Of a DNA stretch of 64,000 nucleotides, positions 27,019-41,375 are shown piece by piece. The notes under the pieces were generated by a model. It did no database searches. It had not been told where the DNA came from and saw only the letters and a program-made list of their open reading frames with translations. The stretch comes from Epiperipatus broadwayi (Eukaryota > Animalia > Onychophora), in contig JAQFVV010000003.1 in NCBI GenBank assembly GCA_028023455.1, positions 13,330,001 to 13,394,000 on the forward strand, read 5' to 3'. A program made the translations under genes and the position numbers. Numbering within the stretch: the first letter of the stretch is position 1; each line of letters begins with the position of its first letter.

Positions 27019-27206
27019 GATCACATGATCACCATTTCTTATGCTTGCTCAATCTGTTAAAACAGGCAAAACTCTCCATACAGTAATGCCACTCAGTACA
27101 AGCCAGATTAATCAATGGATGCCAGAAGGTTTGTGATGAAAGCCACATGCTAGAAACTAGTCTGGGAATATTGGATGAGTAGGCACTAGATAGCAATTTT
27201 ATATGC
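27019..27206. mobile_element. Family A element, internally deleted inverted copy
   Basis: Left arm (aaaacaggcaaaactctcc...) is fused directly to a right-arm HHR remnant GUGAUGA A AGC-CACAU-GCU A GAAACUAGUC at 27133-27162. Confidence 0.8.
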
Positions 27207-27259
27207 TCTATTCTTCTAATATTTATAATGACTATTTTTAAACACTGTATAGTACAATG

Positions 27260-28885
27260 TCATGTGATAAAATATTTACAAAGATCTGATGAAAGCTGCA
27301 GATTCAGTTAAAATTAGAAGATGAAAAAAATAAGTTCCTTTAAAAATATAAAAAAGATAAATTACTGTTATTGTATTAAAGTTGGGCAATAAAATGGCAA
27401 AGAATATATAGAGGCATATATTTATATCTTCTGAATTCCTCAGGATTTTAAATGAAGAAATGAGACATGCAATTAAATTTATAAAGAAGAGAAAAGCTCC
27501 AGAAGGAATTATAATCAATATCTTAAAAGAAGCAGGTGAAGAAATAGAAAAATTAGGACAAAAGTTATATACCAAATGCCTAAATGATAAAGGTGTACCA
27601 GATTATTAGAAAAATACAGTATTAGTATTCATATTTTAAAAAATTGATAAAGAAGACATTAGAAATTACAGACTTATCAATCTTTTATCAGTTTTATAAA
27701 AAATTATTACCAAGATAATTACAAGAAGTCCACAGAAAATTTTGGATTTCATCCAACCTAAAGAACAAGCAAGATTTAAAAGTGATTTTAGTACAGAGGA
27801 TCATATCCAAATATTGACAGAAGCTATAGAAAGGACCAATAAGTATGAGTTGCCATTATGCTTTGGATTTGTAGATTATGAAAAGCATTTGATTCTATAA
27901 GCATTGGATCATCAAGGTATAGTCACAGGATATTTTTATATTCTGGAGAATATTTATAAAAATGCAACAGCAGCAATTAAATTACATAATGGTACAAGGA
28001 AAGTTAACATTGAGAAAAGTCTAAGACAGGATGACTCCATGTCTCCAAAAATTTTTACAGCAGTGCTGCAAGAAGTATTTTGTGTATTAAAATAAGAAGC
28101 TAAAAGAATAAAATTAAATGGAGAATATTTAAATCATTTAGATTTTGCAGATAATGTAGTTGTTTTTTGCAAATAATGCTTCAGAATTTCAGGAAATGTT
28201 GCAAGAATTATCATATGAAAGTAAGAAGGTAGGACTAAAAGTAAATGTTAAAAAGACTAAAGTAATGTTCAGTGAATTTTCTCAGAGATGAAAATAAAGA
28301 CTGATAATGATGAGTTATATGAAGTTAACAACTACAAATACCTTGGTTAGAGATTAACTTAATCATAAAATTAAACTTGGTTGAAGTGCTTTTGGCAAAA
28401 GTAACTTAATGTTAAAATGAATTATATCTATGTGTTTGAAAAGGAAAATTTTAATAAACGTGTTTTAACAGTTTTTATTTATAGCTCTGGGACTTGGACA
28501 CTTAAAAGCAATTTAGAGATTTCAAACCACTCAAAGAAGTATGAGAGATGCATGTTAGAAATAATAAGAAATCTAAAACACAATACATGGATAAGGGGAC
28601 AGACAGGTATTACTGACGTTATTGAAAAAATTAAAAGACTGAAGTGGAGTTGGAGTGGACATATTTCTTCTAGAAGAGATGATAATTGATGGATAATTGA
28701 AATATTAAACTGGATTCTAAGAGATTGTAAAAGACCCCAAAAACTATCACATATGAGATGCTTGGATGAAATAAGAAAGTGTGCAGGAGTAGTGTGGGGA
28801 ATAGTGACTAGAGATTGGAGAAGATGGATTGAATTTGGAGAGATATTTATCATGCAGTGAATTGAAAATGGTTGATGATGAGGAT
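27260..28885 (+). mobile_element. 5'-truncated RTE-clade LINE, reverse transcriptase pseudogene
   Basis: NYRLINLLS, EQARFKSDFSTEDHI, FVDYEKAFDSI, LRQDDSMSPKIF, LDFADN, KWSWSGHI motifs with stops and frameshifts; (GAT)n-like tail at ~28873-28885. Confidence 0.92.
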
Positions 28886-31800
28886 CAATTTATTTTTTAT
28901 TTATATATGTATATTTTTATATAAATAAAGTTATTTGCTTAAAGTGTTGAAGGAGTATAGATGAATTTATAGTGCTCTTTTAAGTTTTGATACATTTTTT
29001 CTCATTATTCTTAATATGACTAAATTATTTCTCTTCTTCTTCAAAGAGTTTTTGTAATATTTCTTTATTGTATTTTTACCCTCCATATAAAGTTTCTTTT
29101 CATAATTACTTTGTAATAAACACTGTTGTATTTTTGCAGTGTTTGGACTTTTACTAAAAAAAATTATTGGACATTATATATGAATGCAAGTTAAATGATG
29201 TCAACAATTATGTTTGTTGATGTAATTTTCAGATCTTCATTAAAAATTTGTTAGTCAAAATATATTTCTTATTCAAGTAAAATATTGCTTAATATTGTAT
29301 GTATTATTACATTGAACATGAGTTTCTTTAAAACAAAAATAAGAAGAAACAATTGAGAGAAAACATTAGTATTTATTTTAAAATAATTGCTACTTTTAAA
29401 ATGACTAAAGAGAAAAAGAAAAAACAGAGTGGTATAAAAAATGTTAACTGACAATGAAATGAAAAAATACAATTATAATATAGTATGATATTCATCATTG
29501 GTGATTATTTCCACTTTATGAAAAATTTGAAAGGAAAAAAAAGATTAGCCTTTCTGATAAATCTTTTGGTTCAAAGGTTAAATGTATGATAGTTTTATAG
29601 GCATCTTATAAGAATCAAACCTTAAAAAAATGCTAAGTTTGGGTGATGGATAATATCCAAATATGCTATTCAAAATACAGATAAAAATTGATCTGTGCCA
29701 TTAAAGGATATGGATAATACTAATTAATTCCCAGTCATGAAGAATACTGACTGATTAATGTTCTTTAAAATATACATAAAAATTCACACATGCTAATACT
29801 AACAAATGTCAAGTCATAGAGAAATATGGACTGGTCACCTAAAACAATTGAATGGTTTACTTATTTGAGAGTTCATAGAAAATTCGAATAACTGAGCCAT
29901 AATACACGAACCTTGAACTTTAAGTTCTGTCTTTTTATCATTATATTAAAGCACACAAAGCAAAATGTTGGTAAGACATGGATAATGCTGACTATCCAAT
30001 AACCAAGATTTAGATAAAAACTAAATTCTGCTATTACAAGATATAAATAGCAATGATTTACTGTAATTACAAGATATATATTATACTGATTTATTTCAAA
30101 ATGCGGATAATACTGATTAACCCATGCCATTATAAAATATAAATGATAGTGTTCTGAGTTTTCATTCTAGAACATATTAAGAAAATGATTTTCATTCATT
30201 CATATATATATATAAGATTGTCTTTTTTTAATAAGAATATGTGAAATCCTTTTAGTGTGAAAAAACACAAAATAATGCAAATTAATTTAAATAAGTCCTG
30301 CATGAAGGAATCTGCATCTGGGGCGTAGCATTAATCGAATGTTTTGAGAAGTGCTTCCGGTAAATAATTTGATCAAAAGTAAGTCACCCATCAAAGATAA
30401 ATGGAAGCAGAGGTTATTAAGATAATAATAAAAAACCTATCACCTAGATTATGATAAATAGTTTAATCCAAATAATTTTTAAATAATATAACACAAAACC
30501 TATACTAATGATACTATAGATTCGAAACATTAAAAATATCAAATATGAGTATATATACTATGTTTATATATAATATTTATTAATTAGTATAAACTTAATA
30601 TGGATGTGATTCTGAATTTTTTAAATCATAGTATTCTTTTTGTCTTTTTCATCGTGATATTCTAATTTACCAGCATTGTTTTTCTCTCTGTCTATATATA
30701 TAAATATGTTTAGGCGTGTGTGTGTCAATAAATAATTCTTTATAAAATATAAATATGATTGTAATGAAACATGAATGTTATCTTTAACTTAACTTTTAAT
30801 TCATTATCATTTTTCTTTCAGTCTCTCTTCACTTTCTTTTGCCTTACTGTCTTCAGTCATTTAAGTTCATTATTAGATAAAAAAAAATTCTGTGATAATG
30901 AGATGTATGATTATGAACCGGATTTCCATCCTTTAATTACAAGCACAACATTTCTCACTCAAATCTTTTTTCTTTCATTTTCTACGTTTTTATTCCTAGA
31001 ATTAGGATAGGCATACATATAGTCGTGGACTAAATAATGGCTACATGTCCATGTTTAGCACTATATTTTTGATATTTATTTTCTTTTAGATAGAACTTGA
31101 AGAAGGCAATAAGTAATAGCTAAAGTTGTCATTAAATCTCAGAGAAAATGTCTTGAGTTTAAAATTAGTTAAATTTGGTGTCATATTAAAAAGTATTGGT
31201 TAATGTATTAAGGCTAACAGTCACAAAGGTAATGATTGTTATCTCCCAAAACCGTACAGGATCAATAGTAGTCAGATACCAATCACATATAATTTAAATT
31301 ATTTGTATTAAAATAAATAAAATTCTAAGCCCTTCTCCCCCTGCCATTTTTACATTTACTTGGGGTCTTATTTCTTTGCATGGATTACTTATAGGGGGCA
31401 ATTTATTGCTTAATTCCTTTTAAATTCTGAAACTTACCATAATCTTGTCTATTTATTTCCTTACAAGCAATTTACATAATAAATATTAAATTACAGCTAA
31501 ATTACCTATATGTGTATAGAGGAATAATAACTATGAAAGAAAATGAATAATACAAATTAACTGAAATAAGTATTGCATTAAATTGTTCACATCTGGAGAA
31601 TAGGATTGCTCTACTGATTTGTGAGATATTTATTGTAAATAAATTTTAAATTATATTACCAATTTAAAGAACACCAAGAAATCATTGCACATTTAGTGCC
31701 AAAGATGTTTTTTCCCCATTATCACATAATCTTATTATAATGCGTGAATAAAAAAAAAATTACTTGAAATTTCCAATTTGATATATATTTCATCTAATTT

Positions 31801-32149
31801 AAATGTAAGACTTATAATTCCTGTCTCTATATATAAATTATTAAGATGTGTACAAAATTTAAAATCTAATGCTTCATTGATGGAAACTAATAATCAGATA
31901 CTAGTCTGAACTTGGATGGTACCATTACTATCTTGAACTATAAATAGATTATAGATAATTCTAATTAAAGAAATTTCTCATTTCTTCATTTGTAATTTAA
32001 TCTGTCACTTATATTATTCAAGAAAGTTAAAATTTCAGTTAATAAAATACTAACAAGATTTAGTTATCATATTTAGATTATTATATAAAATAATTGTATA
32101 ATTTTTGTAACTTAACTATAGCATATATTAATTGTTAAAGAAATTGTCA

Positions 32150-33130
32150 AATAAAAACTAAATAATATATGGACAATCTATCTTATAATAATATGCATAC
32201 TAAATTGAGATAACATTGGCTTATGTTACTATATTTTTTTATTCTGACAAAAAAGTAAAGCATTTATATATGATATGAAGAATATTTTTGCTCAAACCAT
32301 ACAATATGTTAAAATATTTATGAGAGATTTAATGGCTCAAATTGTAAAACAACTGAAAGATAAATTTTTTTAAAAATATTTGTGGATAGAGAAATAAGAA
32401 AGAGTAGATTTGTGGAATTTGCAGAAAATGTTACTTTGAGGTGTGAAAAAATAGAGATTTAGAAGCATTTAAATAAAAGTGTAGCAGATTTGTATTACAT
32501 TTTGAAACTAATAGAAATTATACTATTCAAAATTACATGTTAATAGACTCAATAAGGAAAATGATCACCAAATAGTGAGATGTAAGATATGTGTTTATTT
32601 AAATTAAGAAATAAATAAAGAAGGATTCTATTAATAAGTTGATGTCATTAATTTTCAGAAGAATTCTAAATTATTTTAAAATGTTGATAGGCTTTGAAGA
32701 TGGCTATAACTTGAATAAGATCAATAAGAAGAGAACAGATCCTTAACAGAGATGAAGCAATGCCTTAACAGAGATGAAGCAATGTATGAAAAAAAGAAGA
32801 TATTTTTAAATGTCTTTTCTTTTGAAAATTGCCAAATATTATAAATGAGACATAGAGTTAAATGTATGGAAAATGGAAAAACTTCATAAGTACAGATTTT
32901 TAAAAAAAGATTAACATGCTATAAAAATTGAAACTGTCTACCAAATATCTAAAAAATAGGAAGAATGTGACCATACTAGTGATATTTAAAAACATATATT
33001 AAAAAATTTCAAATTACAGACCTATCAGTTTTATGTATAATTATTACAAATCATCGACAGAACAAACTGAATTAAAAAATATAAAATTATAGCACATGTG
33101 ATCAGAATAATAAATAGAAGGGACTAACAT
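32150..33130 (+). pseudogene. Degraded RTE-like LINE fragment
   Basis: NYRPIS motif at ~33013-33030 preceded by CLPNI.K; A-rich; many indels. Confidence 0.5.
32741..32784. repeat. 22-bp perfect tandem duplication
   Basis: CCTTAACAGAGATGAAGCAATG occurs twice in tandem. Confidence 0.95.
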
Positions 33131-33829
33131 ATTGTATTGGATTTAAAAAGTCATTTGTACCAACTTAGAATTTTCTTTCTGCTTATGAGAGGGTTCTATT
33201 GTAAGCTTTGCTAATCAATCTTACAAAAAACAATGATCATCCTCAGATGTACCTCCAGTTAATAGCCTTTGTTACTAAAAAATTTGTTTATCTATTAGAA
33301 GTCACCTTTAACTTTATTAAACTAATAGCTAATATTTGAAAACATTCTATGTTTTAAGATCAAGTCAACTTGCTAGATGATTATATGGATTTGACACTAG
33401 ATATAACTACATATTTTCGTAACCTCAGTTTTATGTTCCATTCACTATGTTTTCATTCATAATAACAATCTGAAAAAGATAGAATGGTATATTAATATCA
33501 CATAATTTTTAGCTCTCATTGAACACAAACTTTTAAAAACAATAATTCACTCCATTTACTTTTCTAGAGTAACTTCATGTTTTTATAAATATTTTTGTAC
33601 TTATTAAATGTTTGGAACCAAGGTGCAAAATATTGTTAAATTTTAAATAGCTCAAAATGCTACAGTATTCATTAGTAACATTAAGAAAACACTGATAATA
33701 GTGTACGACAATAGTTATTCCATATCTTTAAAACATTTCACAATAATTTTACAGAAAATATTTTGTGGTTTTTGAAGATAAGGTTGTTTAGCAAGCATAA
33801 TTAAGCTACAAATTATGCTATATCAATAT

Positions 33830-35400
33830 GCAACTCCTCAATTATATGCTATCCAAAAATGTAAATAATCAAAATTAAAAAATGACAAACAAAACAATTT
33901 TCTATTTTAAATATTGTTAGTATGTGTACTAATATTGATCAGGAAATTGTTATTAATAAGGTAATGGAATTATATATAAGGAATTATATATAAGGGATAT
34001 GAAATTTTGGTCATTTACTGTAAGGATCTTATTTTTAAATATGAAAGTATATTTTATAAACAAAAAGAGGGTTCAAGTATGGAAATAGTTTAAGTGGATT
34101 TTTAACAGAGGTGTATATGTATTATTTTGAAAAAGAATACTTTGTTTGCAATAATAATAGGCCAATTTTTATGTATGGCATGTAATTATTTTTTTGGCGT
34201 TTAATGGAAATAAAAGAAAAGCAAATAATTTTTGAAATATATTAATAGTAAAGAGGATAAAATTAAATTTATTATCGAAAAAGAAAATGTTAATATTATT
34301 GAGTATATGGATGTTAGAATTTAAAAAATAAGTAATAATAATAGGATAGTAATAGAAACGTCTGTTTATAGAAGAGAAAAAACATTTGTTTAGTATGTTA
34401 AATAATTGTTTTTCAAATATTAATAATCATAGTAAAATAAATGTTCTTAATAATAGGATTCAAAGAGCAATTAAATTATGTTCAAATGAAGTCTTATTAA
34501 AAAGTGAAATTAATATGATAAAATATGAATGTTTTATAAATGATTGTCCTAGGGAGGTTGTTAATGGTTTGTTTTGCAATAAAAATATTGAAAAAATGAA
34601 TAATAGGATAAGATTAACTAAAAATAATAGTAAAATAATTTATGTTGGTTTCAATGTTTCAAAAAGTTTGTTGTTAAAATTAAGAAATTATTTAATATGA
34701 TTAATAAAAAATATGTTATTATTTGTCTTGTGTATAAAAAGAAAAAAATGTATAAACATATTAATTAATAATGATAATGATTGTAACAATTCAGAAGTTA
34801 TGAATTCGGTTTATATTATAAGATGGATGTTTAGATTGTTTTAAAGATAATAAAGAAATTTCGTATGTTGGAACTATAAAAAATAAATTGGCAACAGGAT
34901 TAAAACAGCATTTAAATGATAAAAATTCTGTAGGTTTTTTTTCCTCATATATCATAGCATCAGCCGGGAAGCGAACCCGGGACAACTGCTTGTAAAGCGG
35001 CTGTCACTGACCTCTCGACCACCAATGCTTGACAAAATTCTGTAGTTTATGGTCATATGAGTAAATTTAAACATAGAGATTTTAAAATAGAACTTTTAGA
35101 ATGTATTAGATCGTATTAATGAGAGAATTATAAAAGAAGAATTTACATTAATAAAATGAAATCTGTAATGAATAGGATGTAAATTGAAAAAAAAAAAAAA
35201 AAGTGGATAATAGGTTGATTTAATTAAATAATTATAGGGGATTATTTTAAGAAAGGTATTTAAGAAACCAATATAATGAAAAGGGAAGATTGTTTATTAA
35301 AGGAGTTTTAAGGTAAAAGGAATTTGTATTTATTGTTTTTATGTATTTTTTAGTTGTTCCTTGATAAAGACTATAAAAGAATACAGTCAGAACGAAGTAT
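33830..35400 (+). mobile_element. Penelope-like retroelement remnant (RT + GIY-YIG endonuclease)
   Basis: TPQLYAIQK; NIVSMCTNI; YKQKEGSSM(G)NSLSGFLTEVYM; KFIIEKEN..EYMDV; VYRR; GIY-YIG NSVYII...SYVGT...LKQH...SVVYGH...ERIIKEEFYI; interrupted by a SINE. Confidence 0.88.
34934..35033 (-). mobile_element. tRNA-derived SINE, copy 2, with 12-bp TSD
   Basis: AAAATTCTGTAG duplicated at 34922-34933 and 35034-35045; tRNA-like body 34957-35028; poly(A) tail; inserted into the Penelope GIY-YIG region. Confidence 0.92.
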
Positions 35401-35599
35401 TTTTTTTTTACATTATAATAGTTCATAAAATAAATCAAGATTTATAAAGAAGAAGTTTGTGTAGTTTGTTGCTTATATATTTAAATAATCAAACAAAAAA
35501 AAAACCATTAAAATTTGTAAATTAATTGCATTTTATGATATACAAATAACTATTTTCTGATTCAGAGAACTGTATACATTTACAATATTATAATTTGAA

Positions 35600-35688
35600 C
35601 ACGAACTTGCAAGCTGTCTTCAACCAATCATTCTATCTCATACAACAGATACACATGAGCACACACATGTGAAAAAGATAAATGATCA

Positions 35689-35739
<51 letters not shown>

Positions 35740-36135
35740 TGCTGAACCAGCACTCATCAGCTGGTCCATATTATCATCTCCCCCACACATTTGTAATCAA
35801 TGCTCATTTTATATTAACATAGAAAATCTTCATACTTTAATGGATAGGCTTTGATCTATTCCACCCTCCAAGTCTTCAGTCATTTGTATTAGTGAAAAAC
35901 TGATGATGGAATGCACAAATCTTTTGTTAATGCCAATATTAAAGTGTGAAGATTTGCTATCTTAATATAAACCAAGCAATTATTATATATGTATGTGAGA
36001 GATGATGATCTGGACCAACTGATGAGTGCTGGTTCAGCATGAAATACCTAAATCATATATCTTTTTCACATATGAGTGGTTATGCATATTGACTGTATGA
36101 GATAGAGTGGATGGTCGAAGGAAGCTTGAGAACCT
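35600..36135. mobile_element. Family C inverted repeat with HHR remnants
   Basis: Arms ~35600-35810 and ~35980-36135; each has CUGAUGA-GUGCUG-GUU-CAGCA(C/U); right arm keeps GAAA (36041-36044), left arm keeps the helix I partner. Confidence 0.75.
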
Positions 36136-36735
36136 GGATTCAAATCCCTTATATTACATCCGGATTTTAGGTATATAAATATACTTATATTTAAAATATT
36201 AACATTAAAATTTGTAAGTTTAATAAATTGCAGCCCTTTTTTTTTATTTCGGAGCAATGATTATGTTTATGAAAAAAATATTTGGTTTATATTAAAAGCA
36301 TGTACATTTTATTCTACCTTTATTATTCTTTCTAAATTTGATATACAGTATTCCATACAATTAAATATTTTCTATGTATGAAATTGATACACTAAGACAA
36401 CTAGAGAGGATAAAGTCTGCTAACAATAAAACTGCTATTATGTTTTGATATTAAAAAAATTATTGGGGAGAAGGAAGAATATCATCCAGAGCAGCAGGCA
36501 TCAACCAGTTATCTGTGAGAAAATTTTGGTGGTCCACAGAAAAATCTGGACATAATATTCTAAGAAAGTATTATATTCTGAATGATAATTTTCACTTTTA
36601 TATTGCACTAAATCATAAGATGTACTAGAAGGGAAGAACAAGAGAGGTACAATAATACTGTGTTGTGACCATTACAACAGTCACTCCACTCTGCGAATAC
36701 TGATTCTTATTTGTTTTCTTTTATTTATTTCTCAG

Positions 36736-36748
36736 ATGCTCTTTTTAG
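36736..36748 (+). other. Candidate 13-nt micro-exon
   Basis: CTGAT branch-like motif, long polypyrimidine tract and CTCAG | ATGCTCTTTTTAG | GTAAGT. Confidence 0.45.
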
Positions 36749-37739
36749 GTAAGTATGGCCTTAACTAATTGTTATAATAAAATAGTTTAACTTTGATAAC
36801 TATCATTTCTTATTTAGTTTTAGATTTGAATAAAAGAGCAAAAGAATATTTTTGCATTTTTTTAGTAATACAAAAGATAATGTACCTAATGATAATAGTA
36901 ACAATAGTAATATGTGTACTTCATTTAATCGTGAACTGATCAATGAATTAGAGGTACATATTAGTGGTCCACAGGGTTTAACAAAATATATAAAAATGTG
37001 GCTCCTTAATTTATTATTAATAACTACATTATTACTTTTATTTTGTTTTTACTATAATCTTAATTTATATATGCATAGAATACATATAAAAATGCATGTT
37101 TTATATATATGTATGTTGAATAATATTGTATATTTGCCATATGATATATAGTATATATCGAAGTATGCTAAGCATAAATAAAAGCTAATATTTATAAACA
37201 TATGTTTACCTTGTCTGTGTTAAATGTCCAAACATTTATATATTAAACATTTAATAAATAATACTTATTATATTGCAATCAAAATTTATCAACAAAGTGT
37301 AAACTACTATACGTTATATGTGAAGTACATAGTATAGTTCTATAATAATGCAATAAAGCTTCAAAAAATGTTACAAGATTAATCAGATAAAAAGCAAAGG
37401 AGAAGTAACAACTAAAGATATATGCTAAAATGTTCAATGAATTTTCAAAAAAGAAACAAGGTGATTGGTAGTAATGAATTTAAAGAAGCGAACAAATACA
37501 AAAATTTTCGTAAAATTATTATTATAGACGGAAATATTAACTTGGATAGAGAGCTTTTTAATAAATGTGATTTATCAATGTTTACTTATGTCTGATATAC
37601 TTAATATTATAATCGTTTTTCATCAGAAGCATGAAAATTATATACAGTAAAAGTAGGAGAAACTCGATTAAACTCAGAGATTATCTAGCAGTAAACTGTT
37701 AATGGTTAAAAATGATTATAATCATCATTTGTGTCAATT

Positions 37740-37830
37740 TGAGTAATGCATATAACTCGCAATTGGTCCATGGATTGCGATTCCGTCCATCACTTCCGGT
37801 ATTCGAATTTCTAATGAACTCCCCAGCAAT
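37740..37830. promoter_or_regulatory. Putative promoter core in a CpG-retaining patch (ETS-type motif)
   Basis: CACTTCCGGT at 37791-37800; CpGs are retained across ~37.1-38.4 kb against a CpG-poor background. Confidence 0.4.
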
Positions 37831-40800
37831 AATAATAATAAAACATTCGATTATTTATTTATTATTCAGATTACTTATTTACAAATAATTGTTATATATT
37901 TTATGTTTATTATAATGCTAATTATGTTAGATTAAAACTGTAAATTTTGCTACGTCCAACTTTCGAGTTATTTACTATATACTTTTTTTAAATTCCAAAA
38001 TCTATTTTTTTTGAATGTGAATGCGTAATAATAATAATTAACTTAATTCACGCTTTGTAGTTAAAGAATTAATACTTTATAATCTCTTAGTATTACTCAG
38101 TGAATTAATTATTTGTTAATTACGTAAATCAAACTCCATCTTAAGAAAATTTCTTGTTAAACAAGCATTTCATTAAAAAGTTTTAGAAAATAAATTAAAA
38201 TTAGTTAAAATAAATTCTGAGAATTAAATAATTTTTTTCTTAATTTTCGCATTTTTTTTTAGAAATTTAAGTCCTACATATATCAAATTTTAATTTTATT
38301 TCATTCTGAAGTGAAAGAAATTTGTTCGTTAGAGAGAGAATTAGGAATCGAACTCCAGCCTATTGTTTATTCCCATGTCATAATTTGAAGAAGAAGAAAA
38401 AACAGAGAAAAAAAAACAAATAATAACTGGATTAATATTAAATCAGGAAAAGGAAAATTGCTCCCTCCCACCTACAATTTAATCCACTTTAAAAAGACTT
38501 ACTTACATGTATATTACTATATTAGATGAAAGTTATTTAATACTATCAATATAGTACTAACAAGATATTGCAAAGTGAAAAGTAAAATATGCATATCATC
38601 TCAATGTAGCAGCAAATTAGGACTATATTATACTATATATTATATTATAATACTAGGAGTATTATACTAAGGGATCAATGTTTTATTGTATATCAATATG
38701 ACATATTTTACACTTTAAGTATATTAAATTAGCATAACTCTAACTGAATAATTTTTAAGTTGTTTTCATCAGTTTATTTTTCAGTTCAACTCCATTATAC
38801 TACACGTATCCATCAACATAAAAACTCTTGCATTACAATGCATTTCAGGAACAACCTTTATTGACCAGATAAGTTAGAAATACCTGGATCTCTATTGCAC
38901 CATATTGGCAGCTCAATATTTTTCCATTACTCTTGAAAATTAGGGACTAATATCCATCCATTTTTAACATCTTGTGAAAGGGTGAATAATTACTGCACTG
39001 CATAGATATGGTATTTTTTAGTTTTTTATTAATAAATTCCTCATCTCAACTTCATCCTATTGCAATCATCCACTAAAGCAGAAACTCAGATTATTCTTTC
39101 TCATTATGCACACATCTAAACAGACAACCTTTGCTTAAGCTAAGTGAATTGATTTAATAATGTAACTAAATGATAAAGTATTTATTTAATTCTTAAAAAA
39201 AAAAAGATTTGGATATAATTCACCAATTATGAGATACTATAGTTAGAAATTGGGACCATATATTTATTTTATGCAAAGAGATTTTAAAATATTACTACAA
39301 ATATATCTAAAACAGTATATTATATTTAGAGAAAGTTTATATGTATTTATATGCATGATATAAAAAGTTTTTGTGATGATTGGTTAGCACATCTATTTGC
39401 CATAATGTGATCTAGTTTGAACATGGAAAATATATGTTTTAATCTGTGCCTTAAGGCAAGTTGGGTGACTAGTAATAGAGTTAGAACTGGATGTTAGTTC
39501 ATGATCATTGTTTTTTTGGTAGTGGATTAATTAATTTTTACCTATTTTTCTATTTACATAATTAATGTGCAAGATCAAGTGAATGTTTTATTGTTAATAT
39601 ATTAGCACCAATGCTAATCAATGATGATCAGGAAATGCAAATAATAGTACTTATTGCATATGACTGCATGTTGGTGTATTCTGTTGACATCTGATTATTT
39701 AAACATAATAACAAAAATCAAATTTATCCAACACAAGTATTGTCAGTATTTAGATCATTGTTAGAATCATTCATCATAATTGATTTACATAGTTTGATTA
39801 TTTAAAATATGATCTCAATGAAGTAATATTGATTAACTGACTATTTTACCTAACAATAATTATTCTTACTTATTTTTCTGGGTTGATCAAAAAACTAATT
39901 GTAGAAGTCAGCTTTATTTCTTTTGACAATATAGTGTTTTTATATCTTCCTATATTCTTTCGAAGTATTGATTTGCCTATTCTTATCACTCCTGAAATGT
40001 TAATTTTCATTCTAATAATTATCTATGATCTACTACAATTCAGAAGAACATTAGATAACACACAACCATGTGCAAGTAAATTGTATCCAATCTACTAAGA
40101 TTTAAATAAAGAATGTTTATAACTAATGCTATCTAATTTTAAATAACAACTTAATAACATTGCCCTTACATGGTGAGTATATCTCCAAGTACACAAATTA
40201 TCCTTCATAGTGTGCCTATTTTCATATATCTTTGGCTATGTTTAGACCTTTGTTTATTTCCTTTTAAACATTTCAAAGATATATATCTAGTACACAAAAT
40301 CATTTATTAATTATATATAAACAGTTTATAAAATATCTTTTTAAAATAAAGATTTACATTATTTAGTATCTCATAAAAATATTATATAAAAAAATATACA
40401 AATGAAAATATTATAAAATCTTACAAGAGAGTAATTTGTAGTGCTAAATTATATTCAAAGACGAGATTTAGTATAAATAAGTTATTTTGAAATGTTTTTT
40501 TGTGAATTTATTGTTTTTCAAGATTCAGAAAAGGATTTAGTTTCAATCATAGAAAGCTGGTCATTCGGACATTAAATTAACTTTCTAATACATAATTAAT
40601 TTCTTATAGCTAATAATTTTTCAAATTACTACGTTTTGTTTTGTTTTATGTATTTGTTATTTTTTCACCCTTTTTATTTTTTGTTTTGTCTATCTTCAGA
40701 TATTCAGCAATATATATTATAAAATAAACTTTATTAATAGTCAATTATATCCAGGTGTTGACATGTATACAAGAAAATAAAGTTAATTTACATAACATAT

Positions 40801-41287
40801 AATGCTCTACATATGAAAACATAAGATATTTATAATTATTTCTATCATCATATTTATTTCAAACACATATAATGGGGGAAAATATTTAAATGGCTCTAAC
40901 ATGCATTTCAACTAGAATAGATTTCATTAACCAGCCTTGATCATCAAATTCCGTTCAATAGTCTTATATTATATTATGTATTTATAAATATCAAATTATT
41001 CTGATCAAAATGCTATTAAAACCATATACATGGTTTTTTTCCAAATGTTGACAGCATTGTGTTTGAAATTAATATAATAAAAAAAATAATTTATAGAAAT
41101 ATGAGATTGTATGAATGAGTAGCAAGAGCAAATTGGGTAAAATCAATCCATGTTCAAAAACATTATTGTTTGAAGGATATTAATTTCTAACATAATAAAA
41201 CTGAATAGTTATTAAAAAATTATTTGAAATAAATACCAATGGAAATTCTATATAATGTATATGTTCTTTTCCAGTATTTTTTTTCAG

Positions 41288-41375
41288 TACTTCTCTGTTT
41301 CGAATCATGGCCTTTTCATTTGCTTGAAAATCCACATCTCAATAATCGCCGAATCTTTTCTTCTTTTTTTAACTG
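41288..41375 (+). CDS. Candidate 88-nt internal exon, product unknown
   Basis: TTTTTTCAG acceptor and G|GTAAGA donor; two frames open (e.g. LLCFESWPFHLLENPHLNNRRIFSSFFN). Confidence 0.35.
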
